Under the pieces are notes generated by a model, which saw nothing but the letters and a program-made list of their open reading frames with translations, did no database searches and had not been told where the DNA came from. A program made the position numbers and the translations under genes. A stretch of 63,444 nt of DNA from Octopus bimaculoides (Eukaryota). Location of the stretch: contig NC_069005.1 of assembly GCF_001194135.2 (NCBI RefSeq), forward strand, positions 31,041,257-31,104,700. The letters are read 5' to 3'. Below are positions 62,226 to 63,444 of this stretch, in pieces; position 1 is the stretch's first letter; every line of letters begins with the position of its first letter.

Positions 62226-63444
62226 ACAGCATCTTTTATCTTTTGCTTGTTTCAGTCATTANNNNNNNNNNNNNNNNNNNNNNNNNNNNNNNNNNNNNNN
62301 NNNNNNNNNNNNNNNNNNNNNNNNNNNNNNNNNNNNNNNNNNNNNNNNNNNNNNNNNNNNNNNNNNNNNNNNNNNNNNNNNNNNNNNNNNNNNNNNNNNN
62401 NNNNNNNNNNNNNNNNNNNNNNNNNNNNNNNNNNNNNNNNNNNNNNNNNNNNNNNNNNNNNNNNNNNNNNNNNNNNNNNNNNNNNNNNNNNNNNNNNNNN
62501 NNNNNNNNNNNNNNNNNNNNNNNNNNNNNNNNNNNNNNNNNNNNNNNNNNNNNNNNNNNNNNNNNNNNNNNNNNNNNNNNNNNNNNNNNNNNNNNNNNNN
62601 NNNNNNNNNNNNNNNNNNNNNNNNNNNNNNNNNNNNNNNNNNNNNNNNNNNNNNNNNNNNNNNNNNNNNNNNNNNNNNNNNNNNNNNNNNNNNNNNNNNN
62701 NNNNNNNNNNNNNNNNNNNNNNNNNNNNNNNNNNNNNNCATAGTAGTAAGTATATCTATCAACCCTATCTCTTTTAATGCCATCTTTCCATGCTTCTATT
62801 TAAACTACGTTTGCGTCCTCTTTTTTTTCTTTTCTCCTAAATTGGTTACGGACTTTTTTTAAATTCATTTTCTGGGGTTTTTTCGGTTCTGTTTCTGATC
62901 ATGTCTAAGTGGTGCTCTATTTTACATACACACGTATCTATTGGGATTGAACTCAGCACAAAAAAAAAAAACCAAAAGAAAACCCCACATGTGCTACTCC
63001 ACCTTCTTGCATGTAACATCAGAGTTCGTTTTATTACTTTATTGCTTGCTCTTGGATATTTTACCTTGAATATGTTGTAGTGATCATTTTCCATTGCTTT
63101 CAACTGACTTCAAATATATTAGCTTCTTTAAATACAGTCACATTTTCTTTCTTTTTTTTCGTCTTTTCATTTCTTGCATTCCCCCACCCCCCACCCCACA
63201 ATCTACTATTTTCAAAACATCAATGCTGGGTTTCCTGATTGAGTTTTTGGCACTATTTCGAACACTTTCCTCCCTTTCTAAATGCAGTCTCTAATGTAGT
63301 TCAGTTTCCAAAATGGAATTCTCATGTCTTTGTAGTTTTTGTCACTTCCATTTTTCACCCTGCATTTTCTCATATTCAGCCCTTTTTTTTTCACCCCCTC
63401 TTGAGTCCTATTCCTCAGGTGATCACTGCACTAGGTCACCTTTC

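Noticed and set aside
1-63444. CRISPR arrays, rRNA, operons or other prokaryotic systems
   Set aside because: No regularly spaced repeat-spacer array or prokaryotic gene structure. The sequence is eukaryotic non-coding DNA.

Overview
About 63 kb of AT-rich eukaryotic draft assembly, with 20 N-gaps totalling roughly 6.9 kb. It is dense in microsatellites and interspersed repeats. The repeat families and simple-repeat load look like an octopus (coleoid cephalopod) genome, which is inference from recalled repeat sequences, not a database hit. No protein-coding exon could be identified with confidence, and nearly all tracked ORFs are microsatellite, gap or SINE artefacts. The window is best read as the interior of a very long intron, probably of a + strand gene. 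Supported content: many tRNA-derived SINE copies and modules, a Dong/R4-like non-LTR fragment in a (TAA)n tract, a decayed mariner transposase, a hAT MITE with a perfect 8-bp TSD, and TTAA/piggyBac-type MITEs. Two signals stand out. (1) A 295-bp TSD-flanked unit joins a tRNA-Ile-like head to a complete minimal type I hammerhead ribozyme, and several unrelated hammerhead motifs occur elsewhere in the window. (2) Two identical 18-mer polypyrimidine-CAG|GTAAG junctions lie 38 kb apart on the + strand, each followed by a cryptic exon and donor, which is the architecture of recursive splice sites. SINE boundaries are approximate unless a TSD is quoted. Family labels A-F are working names for this window only.
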